From contig JAHJSH010000020.1 in assembly GCA_018830525.1 (NCBI GenBank), forward strand, positions 1 through 24,000: a stretch of DNA of 24,000 nt, given 5' to 3'. Source of the DNA: Nanobdellota archaeon (GTDB lineage Archaea > Nanobdellota > Nanobdellia > Pacearchaeales > GW2011-AR1). Position numbers and translations under genes: made by a program. Positions 7,692 to 15,591 of the stretch are shown here, piece after piece. The number at the start of each line of letters is the position of its first letter. Position 1 is the stretch's first letter. Below the pieces are notes generated by a model. The model did not search any database and was not told where the DNA came from. It saw only the letters and a list, made by a program, of their open reading frames with translations.

Positions 7692-8303
7692 ATGTTTAAG
7701 CGAAAATGTCCGTCGTGTGTGAAGAAAATTGAGAAGAAGTTTAATTTCTGTCCTTATTGTGGTGTCTCGTTTAAGACTCGAGATGAACGTGAAAATTTCG
7801 GGATGTTGGGACGAAACGATTCTAGTGAACGAGTTGTGGAAGAATTAAAGTTGCCGTTTGGAATTAATGGAATCATGAATTCATTAGTTAAGCAATTAGA
7901 GAGTCAGCTTGGAAATATGGATCTTGGAGAAGGGTGTGGTTTGCCTAAGAATGTTAAGATTAGAATTGCTCGAGGACCACAAATGAGACAGATTGTTCAA
8001 GAAGAGCCAGAGAAAATTGATGAAGTCCCGATTATTTCTGGAGAGGAAAATAATCGGCGTGCGAGTTTGCAACGAGAAGAAGTTAAATCAAGGGTTCGAA
8101 GACTTGCAGATAGGATTATTTTTGAAATGGAAACCCCAGGTGTTAAGAAAAAGAAGGATGTAGTAATTACAAAATTGGCTTCCGGTCTAGAGATAAAAGC
8201 TTATTCAAAAGACAAGTGTTATGTTAAGTTCATCCCGTTGACTGTTGAAGTTATTGAATATTCTGTTAGAGATGAAAAGGTTTTTGTTGAATTGAAAGCT
8301 TAG
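7692..8303 (+). CDS. Zinc-ribbon protein with C-terminal Hsp20/CS-like beta domain (tentative)
   Basis: N-terminal CPSCVKKIEKKFNFCPYCG zinc ribbon; C-terminal IIFEMETPGVKKKKDVVITKLASGLEIKAYSKDKCYVKFIPL...IEYSVRDEKVFVELKA resembles an alpha-crystallin fold pattern. Confidence 0.65.
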   Translation: MFKRKCPSCVKKIEKKFNFCPYCGVSFKTRDERENFGMLGRNDSSERVVEELKLPFGINGIMNSLVKQLESQLGNMDLGEGCGLPKNVKIRIARGPQMRQIVQEEPEKIDEVPIISGEENNRRASLQREEVKSRVRRLADRIIFEMETPGVKKKKDVVITKLASGLEIKAYSKDKCYVKFIPLTVEVIEYSVRDEKVFVELKA

Positions 8304-8311
8304 GATATGAA

Positions 8312-8328
8312 TGAGGCTACCAGGATTT
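8312..8328 (-). repeat. Duplicated tRNA-Ile 3'-terminal fragment
   Basis: TGAGGCTACCAGGATTT matches the tRNA-Ile 3' end TGAGGCTGCCAGGATTT (8483-8499) at 16/17 positions. Confidence 0.6.
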
Positions 8329-8388
8329 TACTCACAATTTGCATCTCATAAAAATATTTGTATAATTGTTTTACTCGAAGCGAATCGT
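8327..8388. repeat. Degenerate direct repeat, copy B
   Basis: TTTACTCACAATTTGCATCTCATAAAAATATTTGTATAATTGTTTTACTCGAAGCGAATCG; matches 5941-6003. Confidence 0.65.
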
Positions 8389-8482
8389 TCTTTCGTCTTG
8401 AACAATTTGTTGATATTTTATTTTAATCAAACAGCTCAAAACTCACCAGGACTTGTTCCGTTTCAAATCTTGGATAAAAATA

Positions 8483-8556
8483 TGAGGCTGCCAGGATTTG
8501 AACCTGGGACCCCAGCCTTATCAGAGCTGTGCGCTACCTGGCTGCGCTACAGCCTC
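8483..8556 (-). tRNA. tRNA-Ile (anticodon GAT)
   Basis: Reverse complement folds as GAGGCTG-TA-GCGC-AGCCAGGTA-GCGC-A-CAGCT-CTGATAA-GGCTG-GGGTC-CCAGG-TTCAAAT-CCTGG-CAGCCTC-A, 74 nt. Confidence 0.95.
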
Positions 8557-8582
8557 ATATAAACATTAAGTGAATTTTTGAT

Positions 8583-9251
8583 TTATAAGCTTTTGGAATT
8601 TAGAAATTTTTGATATTTATTTATAAATTTCACATTCGCTGGTCTTATTATCTCCATAAATTTGCTACAATTATTTGAACCACGAATATTGACACGATAT
8701 GATTTTTCCCTATTCCTCCTTTTATCTATATGGCTGGTAATTGTTGAGGGTATATTTAATTCCTGGAGAATTGTATAAATCTGTTGCGATAGATTTTCGG
8801 AGATTGTTGTTATATAACTAATAGGATATAATTTATTATTCTTAGGCTCGAGATAAATCCCCCCATCAGTATCAAAAATCCCCCTAAGGACACTTATTTT
8901 AATAATTTCTTTTTTTAGAAAAATTTTTGGGATGACAATATCAAATTTCTTCCCCAAGGGCAAACCAAGTTTTTGTTTAAAGTTTACTAAATCATTATTC
9001 CAGAGTTGAAAGCCAAATACTCTTGTTTTAGGCATGGTTCTTAGACTAATATCTATATTGTAAAGCCGTTTAAACATTGGCTTAATTCTTTCTTGATAAT
9101 GATTTTTGTCGTCTTCTATGTGCCCCCTAAGTTGATAAAATCCTTTTCGTCCGCCATCTTTATTATAAATATTCATACTCCCATCTCCGATGTGCCAACC
9201 AGTTTCTTCAGCTAATTCTGGAGTAATTGAAGTCGAAAGAGTTATCCCCAT
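8583..9251 (-). CDS. Free-standing LAGLIDADG homing endonuclease-like protein
   Basis: Two LAGLIDADG-type motifs (ELAEETGWHIGDGSMNI and VLRGIFDTDGGIYLE) in a 222-aa ORF directly upstream of tRNA-Ile on the same strand. Confidence 0.88.
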   Translation of the reverse strand: MGITLSTSITPELAEETGWHIGDGSMNIYNKDGGRKGFYQLRGHIEDDKNHYQERIKPMFKRLYNIDISLRTMPKTRVFGFQLWNNDLVNFKQKLGLPLGKKFDIVIPKIFLKKEIIKISVLRGIFDTDGGIYLEPKNNKLYPISYITTISENLSQQIYTILQELNIPSTITSHIDKRRNREKSYRVNIRGSNNCSKFMEIIRPANVKFINKYQKFLNSKSL

Positions 9252-9352
9252 TTAATAAACAGGCTCTTGAATTACATATAATTTAGTTTTAACTTAATAG
9301 GAATGATTAACCTATAAGAGTAATTTTCATGTTTAAACTTTCTAGTGAAAGG

Positions 9353-9360
9353 TTTAAAAA
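9353..9360 (+). promoter_or_regulatory. TATA box for rpl15e
   Basis: TTTAAAAA, 22-29 nt before ATG 9382. Confidence 0.6.
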
Positions 9361-9381
9361 CCAATTTTTAATAAAGATAAC

Positions 9382-9948
9382 ATGGGATTAGCAAAATATT
9401 TAAGAATGGCTTGGAGAAAGCCGGATGTTAAATTACTTAGAGAGAGAATGACTGCCTGGCGAAAGTCTGAAGCAATTGTTAAGGTTGAGAAACCACTTAG
9501 ACTTGACCGAGCAAGAAGTCTTGGTTATAAGGCGAAGAAAGGAGTTGTTGTTGTTAGAATAAGAATTAAGCGAGGAGGCCATAAGAAATCTAGACCTAAT
9601 AAAGCAAGACGAACAAAGAGGCTTCATATTAGAAAAAATTTGAAGATGAATTATAAGGAAATTGCTGAAACAAGAGTTGCTCGAAAATATAATAACATGG
9701 AAGTTTTGAATTCTTATCAAATTGGGAAAGATGGTATGAATTATTTTTACGAAGTTATTTTAGTTGACCGAGTTGAACCTGGAATTTTGAAAGATAAACA
9801 GTTGGGTGCTTTTGTTAAGGCTCCAAAGGCAAGGTCTCTTAGAGGAATGACATCTGCAGGTAGAAAAGCAAGAGGTTTGAGGAATAGTTCTGTGAAGGCT
9901 CCAAAGGTTAGACCAAGTTTAGCGGCTAATCGTGGAAGAGGAAATTAG
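9382..9948 (+). CDS. rpl15e: 50S ribosomal protein L15e
   Basis: RLDRARSLGYKAKKGVVVVRIRIKRGGHKKSRP, ARKYNNMEVLNSYQIGKDG...YEVILVD. TTTAAAAA at 9353-9360. Confidence 0.96.
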   Translation: MGLAKYLRMAWRKPDVKLLRERMTAWRKSEAIVKVEKPLRLDRARSLGYKAKKGVVVVRIRIKRGGHKKSRPNKARRTKRLHIRKNLKMNYKEIAETRVARKYNNMEVLNSYQIGKDGMNYFYEVILVDRVEPGILKDKQLGAFVKAPKARSLRGMTSAGRKARGLRNSSVKAPKVRPSLAANRGRGN

Positions 9949-9994
9949 TTCTTTAATTAGATACTTTTATTAAGGATTTTATTCTATATAGATT

Positions 9995-10189
9995 ATGGCA
10001 AAGCAAATGAAAAGATTATATCGTGCTCCTGCTAAAGATTCTATAATTGGGGGAGTTTGTGCAGGAATTGCTAACTATTTTGGGATTGATCCGGTGATCG
10101 TTAGATTAATTTGGGTTCTCGCAATATTCGGTTTTGGATTTGGTATCTTTGCATATTTACTTGCTTGGATAATTATACCTAGAAAATAA
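9995..10189 (+). CDS. PspC-domain small membrane protein
   Basis: KRLYRAPAKDSIIGGVCAGIANYFGIDPVIVRLIWVLAIFGFGFGIFAYLLAWIIIP. Confidence 0.92.
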   Translation: MAKQMKRLYRAPAKDSIIGGVCAGIANYFGIDPVIVRLIWVLAIFGFGFGIFAYLLAWIIIPRK

Positions 10190-10191
10190 TT

Positions 10192-10656
10192 CTAAAGATC
10201 TAATCTGAAGTGTATTGCGCCACTATCATCCGTTTTTATTATTTCATATCCACGTTTTTTCAAAAGTCTAATCATCTCGTTTGACACAGGATAAGTTTTT
10301 ACAGATACAGATAATTCTTGTTTACGTGCAAAATCTTCGAGAAGATCAAATAATTGTGATGCAATTTTTTTATTTCGGTGGTCCTTAGAAACCCCCAAGA
10401 CCCATAAATACAACGAATCTTCTTTTTGGAATGCAATTGAATCCCCAACTATTTCATTTCCCATTTTTGCTACATTAATTATAGGGATTTTATCTTCAAG
10501 TTTAGAATGATATTGTTCTAAGGAGTATGGTTCACTTTCATACATCCCCTTAAATATTTTCATATTAAGTTTTACTATTTCAGAGAGATCTTCTAAAGAA
10601 CCATTGATAATTTCATATTCCATATTGATAGAATTTATAACTTCTGTCCTAACCAT
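10192..10656 (-). CDS. GNAT-family N-acetyltransferase
   Basis: YLWVLGVSKDHRNKKIASQLFDLLEDFARKQ...RLLKKRGYEIIKTD. Confidence 0.85.
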   Translation of the reverse strand: MVRTEVINSINMEYEIINGSLEDLSEIVKLNMKIFKGMYESEPYSLEQYHSKLEDKIPIINVAKMGNEIVGDSIAFQKEDSLYLWVLGVSKDHRNKKIASQLFDLLEDFARKQELSVSVKTYPVSNEMIRLLKKRGYEIIKTDDSGAIHFRLDL

Positions 10657-10958
10657 TCTTTAATCTTGGCTTCGGGTTGTGCGCCGACGAATTCGTCTAT
10701 GACTTTTCCACCCTTGAATAGCTTTACTGCAGGGATGGACATCACCCCATAATTTTCTGATTCTTTTTCACACTTGTCGGTCTCGGCTTTTGCGAGAATG
10801 AACTTCCCATTATATTCTGCAGCTATTTTTTCTAAAACTGGTTTAAGCACCTTGCAGGGTCCGCACCATTCTGCCCAAAAATCTACGAGGACTGGAGTAA
10901 TCTCAGATTTTTTTATAACTTCTTGTTCAAAATTTTCATCCGTAACTTCTATTTCCAT
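10635..10958 (-). CDS. trxA: Thioredoxin
   Basis: PVLVDFWAEWCGPCKVLKPVLEKIAAEY...YGVMSIPAVKLFKGG. Confidence 0.95.
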   Translation of the reverse strand: MEIEVTDENFEQEVIKKSEITPVLVDFWAEWCGPCKVLKPVLEKIAAEYNGKFILAKAETDKCEKESENYGVMSIPAVKLFKGGKVIDEFVGAQPEAKIKEWLGQKL

Positions 10959-10978
10959 AAATGGCTTAGGATTGGTTT

Positions 10979-10986
10979 TTTTATAA
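10979..10986 (+). promoter_or_regulatory. TATA box for DNA ligase
   Basis: TTTTATAA(A) about 50 nt before ATG 11036. Confidence 0.5.
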
Positions 10987-11035
10987 AGGTTTTGGAACTC
11001 GGAAGTTATTTAATTGCTCGATTATTCTTTTATTA

Positions 11036-12724
11036 ATGGAATATTCAAAATTATGTGAGGTTTATCACGCGTTGGAGTCTACGACAAAGGGACTTGAAAA
11101 GACACGGATACTCGCGAGTTTTTTAGGAGAAATTCGGGATGAGCCTGAAGTGATTTATCTTTTGCAAGGAAATGTTTTCGCGGATTACGACCATCGTGAG
11201 CTGGGGATTTCTCATCAGTTAGCAATTCGAGCGATTGGGAAGGCGGCAGGAATTGGTGATGCAGAAGTTATTGATGCGTTTAAAGAACTAGGAGATTTGG
11301 GAAAAGTTGCGGAGTCGGTTTTGGGAAAGAAGAAACAGCAAACGGCTTTGTTTACTAGTAAGTTGAGTATAGAAAAAGTTATGACTAACTTGAGGAAGTT
11401 ACCGATGCTGGAAGGTAAGGGGACTGTGGAAATTAAGATTGGTTTGATTATCGAGTTATTACATTCAGCGAGTCCTAAGGAAGCAAAATATATTATCAGG
11501 ACTGTGTTGGGAGATTTGAAAGTTGGTGTTGGCTCTGGGATTTTGCGTGATGCTATTGTTGAAAATTGTTTTAAACCACAGAATTTGGAAGGGAAAAAAA
11601 AGTATTCTCAGGAGGTCCAAGAAGCTTATGATAAAGCTACAGATTTTGCCGAGGTTTTTGAGAAAGCGTGTTCAGGAGATTTGAAGAAAATTAAATTGAA
11701 ACCTGGAAAACCTGTAAAGGTTATGTTATTTCCAAAAGCGAAAAATGTTGAGGATGCATTTAGAATTGTTGGAAGGCCTGCAGCGTTTGAATATAAATAT
11801 GATGGTTTCAGAGTTATGATTAATAAAGAAAAGAATGGAAAAGTTAAGATTTTTACTCGGCGACTTGAGGAAGTGACGAATCAATTTCCGGAGATTGTTG
11901 AATATGTCGAGAGTCATGTGACCAGCGAGAGTTTTATTTTAGACGCCGAGGCTGTGGGTTTTAATTCGGAGACAAAAAAATATACTGATTTTCAAGCGAT
12001 TAGTCAAAGGATTCGTAGGAAATATGGAATTGAAAAGATGCAAAAAGCGTTTCCGATTGAGTTAGCAGTTTTTGATATTATTTATTTTGATGGAAAAAGT
12101 TTGATTGATACGCCGTTTGGTGAGAGACGAAAATTGATTAAAAAAATTATTCGTGAAGAGCCATTTAAGATTGTCCTTGCTAAACAGATTATTACTGAAG
12201 ATGTTGCGGAAGTTGAGAAGTTTTATGAGATGGCACTTAATGATAATCAGGAAGGTTTAATGGGAAAAAGTTTGATTGCACCGTACAAACCTGGAGCTCG
12301 AGTAGGTTATGCAGTTAAGTTGAAGCCAGAAGATAATGATTTTGACTTGGTGATTACTGGGGCGGAGTGGGGAACTGGGAAACGTGCAGGTTGGTTGACC
12401 TCATTCAATGTGTCTTGTTCTAATGATGGAGAATTGTTGGAAATTGGAAAAGTTTCTACTGGATTAAAAGAGCTTGAAGGGGGAGATTTAAGTTTTAAGG
12501 AGATGACAGATAGATTAAATGAATTGATTATTGAAGAACATGGACGAAATATTCGGGTTCGTCCAGAGATTGTTGTGACAGTTCAGTATCAGAATATTCA
12601 GAAGTCTCCGACTTATTCTAGTGGTTATGCTTTGAGGTTTCCGAGGATTACTCGGCTTCGTGAGGACCGAGGTGTTGGAGATATTGCGACGTTAGGAGAG
12701 ATTGAGAAAGAAGCTGGTGAATAA
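11036..12724 (+). CDS. lig: ATP-dependent DNA ligase
   Basis: Adenylation motif AFEYKYDGFRVMINK, FILDAEAVGF, FDIIYFDG, VGYAVKLKPEDNDFDLVITGAEWGTGKRAGW; 562 aa. Confidence 0.96.
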   Translation: MEYSKLCEVYHALESTTKGLEKTRILASFLGEIRDEPEVIYLLQGNVFADYDHRELGISHQLAIRAIGKAAGIGDAEVIDAFKELGDLGKVAESVLGKKKQQTALFTSKLSIEKVMTNLRKLPMLEGKGTVEIKIGLIIELLHSASPKEAKYIIRTVLGDLKVGVGSGILRDAIVENCFKPQNLEGKKKYSQEVQEAYDKATDFAEVFEKACSGDLKKIKLKPGKPVKVMLFPKAKNVEDAFRIVGRPAAFEYKYDGFRVMINKEKNGKVKIFTRRLEEVTNQFPEIVEYVESHVTSESFILDAEAVGFNSETKKYTDFQAISQRIRRKYGIEKMQKAFPIELAVFDIIYFDGKSLIDTPFGERRKLIKKIIREEPFKIVLAKQIITEDVAEVEKFYEMALNDNQEGLMGKSLIAPYKPGARVGYAVKLKPEDNDFDLVITGAEWGTGKRAGWLTSFNVSCSNDGELLEIGKVSTGLKELEGGDLSFKEMTDRLNELIIEEHGRNIRVRPEIVVTVQYQNIQKSPTYSSGYALRFPRITRLREDRGVGDIATLGEIEKEAGE

Positions 12725-12768
12725 TTTAGAATATAAATTTTTATAAAGAGTAATTAATTGGAATTGAT

Positions 12769-13029
12769 ATGAAAAGAGTCCAGATATATGTTGGTCCAGC
12801 AATTAGAAATTCTAATCCTAATGGTGATGCCAATAGTACAGGCCCAATAAATACCATAGGGCAGAGCATGAGAGCTCTTGGCATTTCTGAATCTCTTGTT
12901 TATGGAAGTTCTTCCAGTCTATACGATTATGCCGTTGAGAATTTGGATAAAGCTCAGGCAGAAAATCTTGCGAGAAGAATCGGTGAACTCGAAGGATACG
13001 CTACAAAAATAGAAGACTGGCTTCCTTAA
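12769..13029 (+). CDS. Hypothetical 86-aa protein
   Basis: ORF with own TATA-like TTATAAA (12741-12747) at the usual distance from ATG; no family recognised. Confidence 0.6.
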   Translation: MKRVQIYVGPAIRNSNPNGDANSTGPINTIGQSMRALGISESLVYGSSSSLYDYAVENLDKAQAENLARRIGELEGYATKIEDWLP

Positions 13030-13052
13030 GATTATTTCTTCTCGACGAAGCC

Positions 13053-13060
13053 TTTATAAA
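13053..13060 (+). promoter_or_regulatory. TATA box for tbp
   Basis: TTTATAAA, 22-29 nt before ATG 13082. Confidence 0.6.
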
Positions 13061-13081
13061 GGAAATTTTTTATAGTATTGT

Positions 13082-13708
13082 ATGGCAGTAGCAAAAAAAT
13101 CTAGTTCTAAGAAAGAAACTAAAGATACTACATTGAAGGTCCAGAACATCGTAGCTACGACTTCGTTGGGAAAAGATGTTTCTTTGACAAAACTTGCGAG
13201 AACTCAGCCAAATACTGAATATAATCCAGATACTTTTCCAGGATTAGTCTTAAGAGTTAAAAAACCAAAGTCAGCTGTTTTAGTTTTTAGTTCGGGGAAT
13301 TTGGTTTGTACTGGAACAAAGTCTGTTGCACAAGTTAAGGAAGTTGTTCAGCAGGTTATTAAGCAGTTAAGGAAAGTGGGTGTGAATGTTACTATTAAGC
13401 CTAAGATTACTGTTCAAAATATCGTAGCATCTGGTGCGATTAATCTTGATTTGAATCTGAATACTCTTGCTCTTGAATTAGAGAATACCGAATATGAGCC
13501 TGAACAGTTTCCCGGACTTGTTTATAAATTGGAAGACCCGACAGCTACATTCTTGCTTTTCTCAAATGGTAAGTTGGTTTGTACTGGGACGAAGAATAAG
13601 GCTCAGCTTGATGATTCGATGATTCAGTTGAATAAGAATGTTCGGGCTGCTTTGCGGAGAATAAAAGAGATTGCAAAGAAACAAACCGGTTCGGAAGACG
13701 ATTTTTAG
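13082..13708 (+). CDS. tbp: TATA-box-binding protein
   Basis: Two direct imperfect repeats: VQNIVATTSLGKDVSLTKLARTQPNTEYNPDTFPGLVLRVKKPKSAVLVFSSGNLVCTGTKS and VQNIVASGAINLDLNLNTLALELENTEYEPEQFPGLVYKLEDPTATFLLFSNGKLVCTGTKN. Confidence 0.97.
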   Translation: MAVAKKSSSKKETKDTTLKVQNIVATTSLGKDVSLTKLARTQPNTEYNPDTFPGLVLRVKKPKSAVLVFSSGNLVCTGTKSVAQVKEVVQQVIKQLRKVGVNVTIKPKITVQNIVASGAINLDLNLNTLALELENTEYEPEQFPGLVYKLEDPTATFLLFSNGKLVCTGTKNKAQLDDSMIQLNKNVRAALRRIKEIAKKQTGSEDDF

Positions 13709-13750
13709 TAAGATTAGTTAGCTAAAGTATATTTTGTATAATGGTAATGC

Positions 13751-13758
13751 TTATATAT
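13751..13758 (+). promoter_or_regulatory. TATA box for prs
   Basis: TTATATAT, 21-28 nt before ATG 13779. Confidence 0.55.
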
Positions 13759-13778
13759 CTAAATTTGTTTTTTGATAT

Positions 13779-14750
13779 ATGGATAATGGAATTCTGATTC
13801 TTGCGGATCCGAAGGGGAAGGCGTGGAATTTTGCGAAGGAGATTTATGACAAGTTGAATTCTGATCCTCGGAGAGAACGGGAGTATAGTCTTGGGGAGGT
13901 CGAGATAAAAAAGTTTAATGATGGGGAAATTTTTGTTCAGATCTTGACAAATGTTCGAAAGAGGACTTGTTTTTTTATTCATGATTCTTCGATGAGTCCT
14001 CAGGATTGGACGATGGTTTTGGCAGAAGTTAATGATGCTTTGATGAGAAGTTCTGCGGGAAAAATTAATAATGTTCTTCCTTATATGAAGTATTCTAGGC
14101 AAGATAGATTGACTGCACCCCGGACTCCGATAACTGCGAGTGTGTTGGCTAGGATAATTAATACAGGTGCGTATCGAGTGATAACGACAGATTTGCATAA
14201 TCCTGCAATAACTGGATCTTATAATATTCCTTTTGATAATTTGAAAGCGTATCCGACGATTATAGAATATCTCAAAAAAAGATATCCGCTGTTTTTGAAT
14301 AATGTGGTTATTGTTGCTCCAGATGTTGGAAGTGCTGATCGGGCTAAATCTTATGCGAAAAGAATTGGGGTTAGTGTTGCGATAGCGGACAAAACTCGAG
14401 AGAAGGAAGGAGTTGTTGGGGATATGACTATTATTGGAGATGTTCGGGGGAAAAACGTTATTCTTGTTGATGATATGATTGATACGGGGGGGACGATTTG
14501 TAAAGCCGCGGATGTTTTGAAAGCGAGTGGGGCACTTAGAGTTTGGGTATGTGTAACGCACGGGGTTTTTAGTAACGATGCTGTAGAAAAATTGGAGAAC
14601 TCTTCTTTTGAAAAAGTTATTGTTACGAATTCTATACCTCGACAAAGTTCGGGGAAGATAGAGGTTGTTTCGTTGACAGATTTATTTTCAGAAACAATAT
14701 ACCGGATCTCTCATGGGAAATCAGTAAGCGAATTATTTGGGAAAGGTTAA
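13779..14750 (+). CDS. prs: Ribose-phosphate pyrophosphokinase
   Basis: PYMKYSRQDRLTAPRTPITA, VITTDLHNPAITGSYNIPFDNL, DVGSADRAKSYAKRI, NVILVDDMIDTGGTICKAADVLKASG. Confidence 0.96.
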   Translation: MDNGILILADPKGKAWNFAKEIYDKLNSDPRREREYSLGEVEIKKFNDGEIFVQILTNVRKRTCFFIHDSSMSPQDWTMVLAEVNDALMRSSAGKINNVLPYMKYSRQDRLTAPRTPITASVLARIINTGAYRVITTDLHNPAITGSYNIPFDNLKAYPTIIEYLKKRYPLFLNNVVIVAPDVGSADRAKSYAKRIGVSVAIADKTREKEGVVGDMTIIGDVRGKNVILVDDMIDTGGTICKAADVLKASGALRVWVCVTHGVFSNDAVEKLENSSFEKVIVTNSIPRQSSGKIEVVSLTDLFSETIYRISHGKSVSELFGKG

Positions 14751-14780
14751 TAATTTAAAGTTGATTTTCTTATTTAAATT

Positions 14781-15176
14781 ATGGCAATGTTTAGAGAATA
14801 TATTACGAGTTCTGGGCTTAGAGTCCTCGGTGGAAAAAATTCCGAAAATAATGATGAATTAGTTAATCGTGCGATGCCTAAAGATATTTTGTTACATACA
14901 AGTGCTCCGGGAAGTCCATTTTGTTTATTGGGGGAAAATCCCTCCAAGCAGGATATAAAAGAGGCTGCGGTCTTCTGTGCGAAGTTTTCTCAAGATTGGC
15001 GAGATACAAAACGCGATGTTATTGTGAACATGTTTAAAAGGAGCGATATGAACAAGGAAGTTAAGATGAAATCTGGAACATGGAGTGTGAAGAAGGAAGA
15101 GAAAATTAAAGTTAAGGCAGAGGATATTTTGAAGTATCAAAAAGTTTTAAGAAGTGAAGGGGTCGATTTAGGATAA
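14781..15176 (+). CDS. Stand-alone NFACT-R (DUF814)-like RNA-binding protein
   Basis: FREYITSSGLRVLGGKNSENNDELVNRAMPKDILLHTSAPGSPFCLL...AAVFCAKFSQDWRDTKRDVIVNMFKRSDMNKEVKMKSGTWSV. Confidence 0.85.
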   Translation: MAMFREYITSSGLRVLGGKNSENNDELVNRAMPKDILLHTSAPGSPFCLLGENPSKQDIKEAAVFCAKFSQDWRDTKRDVIVNMFKRSDMNKEVKMKSGTWSVKKEEKIKVKAEDILKYQKVLRSEGVDLG

Positions 15177-15421
15177 TGAAACCTATTAAGAGATTACAAA
15201 TGGGAAAGAATGGACTTACACCAGCGTTTATCGATCAAGTTAAATCTATTTTTGAAAATGAGACTTTGATTAAAATTACTATTTTGAAGTCGGCTTGTAG
15301 GGATAAGAAAAAAGCGGGGGAAATTGGTGACGAATTGGTTGAGTCTCTTGGAAAAAAGTATGATTACAAGTTGGTCGGTTATGTTTTGACAGTGATTAAG
15401 TATCGGAAAGAGCAACGGTAA
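15176..15421 (+). CDS. CRM/YhbY-like RNA-binding domain protein
   Basis: LQMGKNGLTPAFIDQVKSIFENETLIKITILKSACRDKKKAGEIGDELVESLGKKYDYKLVGYVLTVIKYR; start overlaps previous stop by 1 nt. Confidence 0.8.
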   Translation: MKPIKRLQMGKNGLTPAFIDQVKSIFENETLIKITILKSACRDKKKAGEIGDELVESLGKKYDYKLVGYVLTVIKYRKEQR

Positions 15422-15505
15422 GGTTTAAATAGTGAAATTCTGATGAGATATTAGGTTAACGAGTTTCGGCTTGTCTATCTCTGTAAAGAGAGCCTAAATA
15501 ATATA

Positions 15506-15551
15506 ATGGTACTCAAAGGGCATAACCTTTCAGGTCACGAGAATCTGCAAA
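15506..15551 (+). ncRNA. Conserved 46-nt element, copy 2 (structured RNA, leader, or short ORF)
   Basis: ATGGTACTCAAAGGGCATAACCTTTCAGGTCACGAGAATCTGCAAA; see copy 1 at 2125-2170. Flanked by AAAGGG (15515-15520) / CCCTTT (15562-15567), which could form a closing stem. Confidence 0.45.
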
Positions 15552-15591
15552 CAGGCGAGAACCCTTTTCAAATAAATCTCAAAATACGAAA

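Noticed and set aside
8311-8562. 83-aa plus-strand ORF
   Set aside because: Its C terminus (MRLPGFEPGTPALSELCATWLRYSLI) is the well-known spurious translation across the antisense of a tRNA gene, here tRNA-Ile.
13722-14645. 307-aa minus-strand ORF
   Set aside because: Fully antisense to prs, which has strong PRPP synthetase motifs; low-complexity R/N/S/I composition typical of a shadow ORF.
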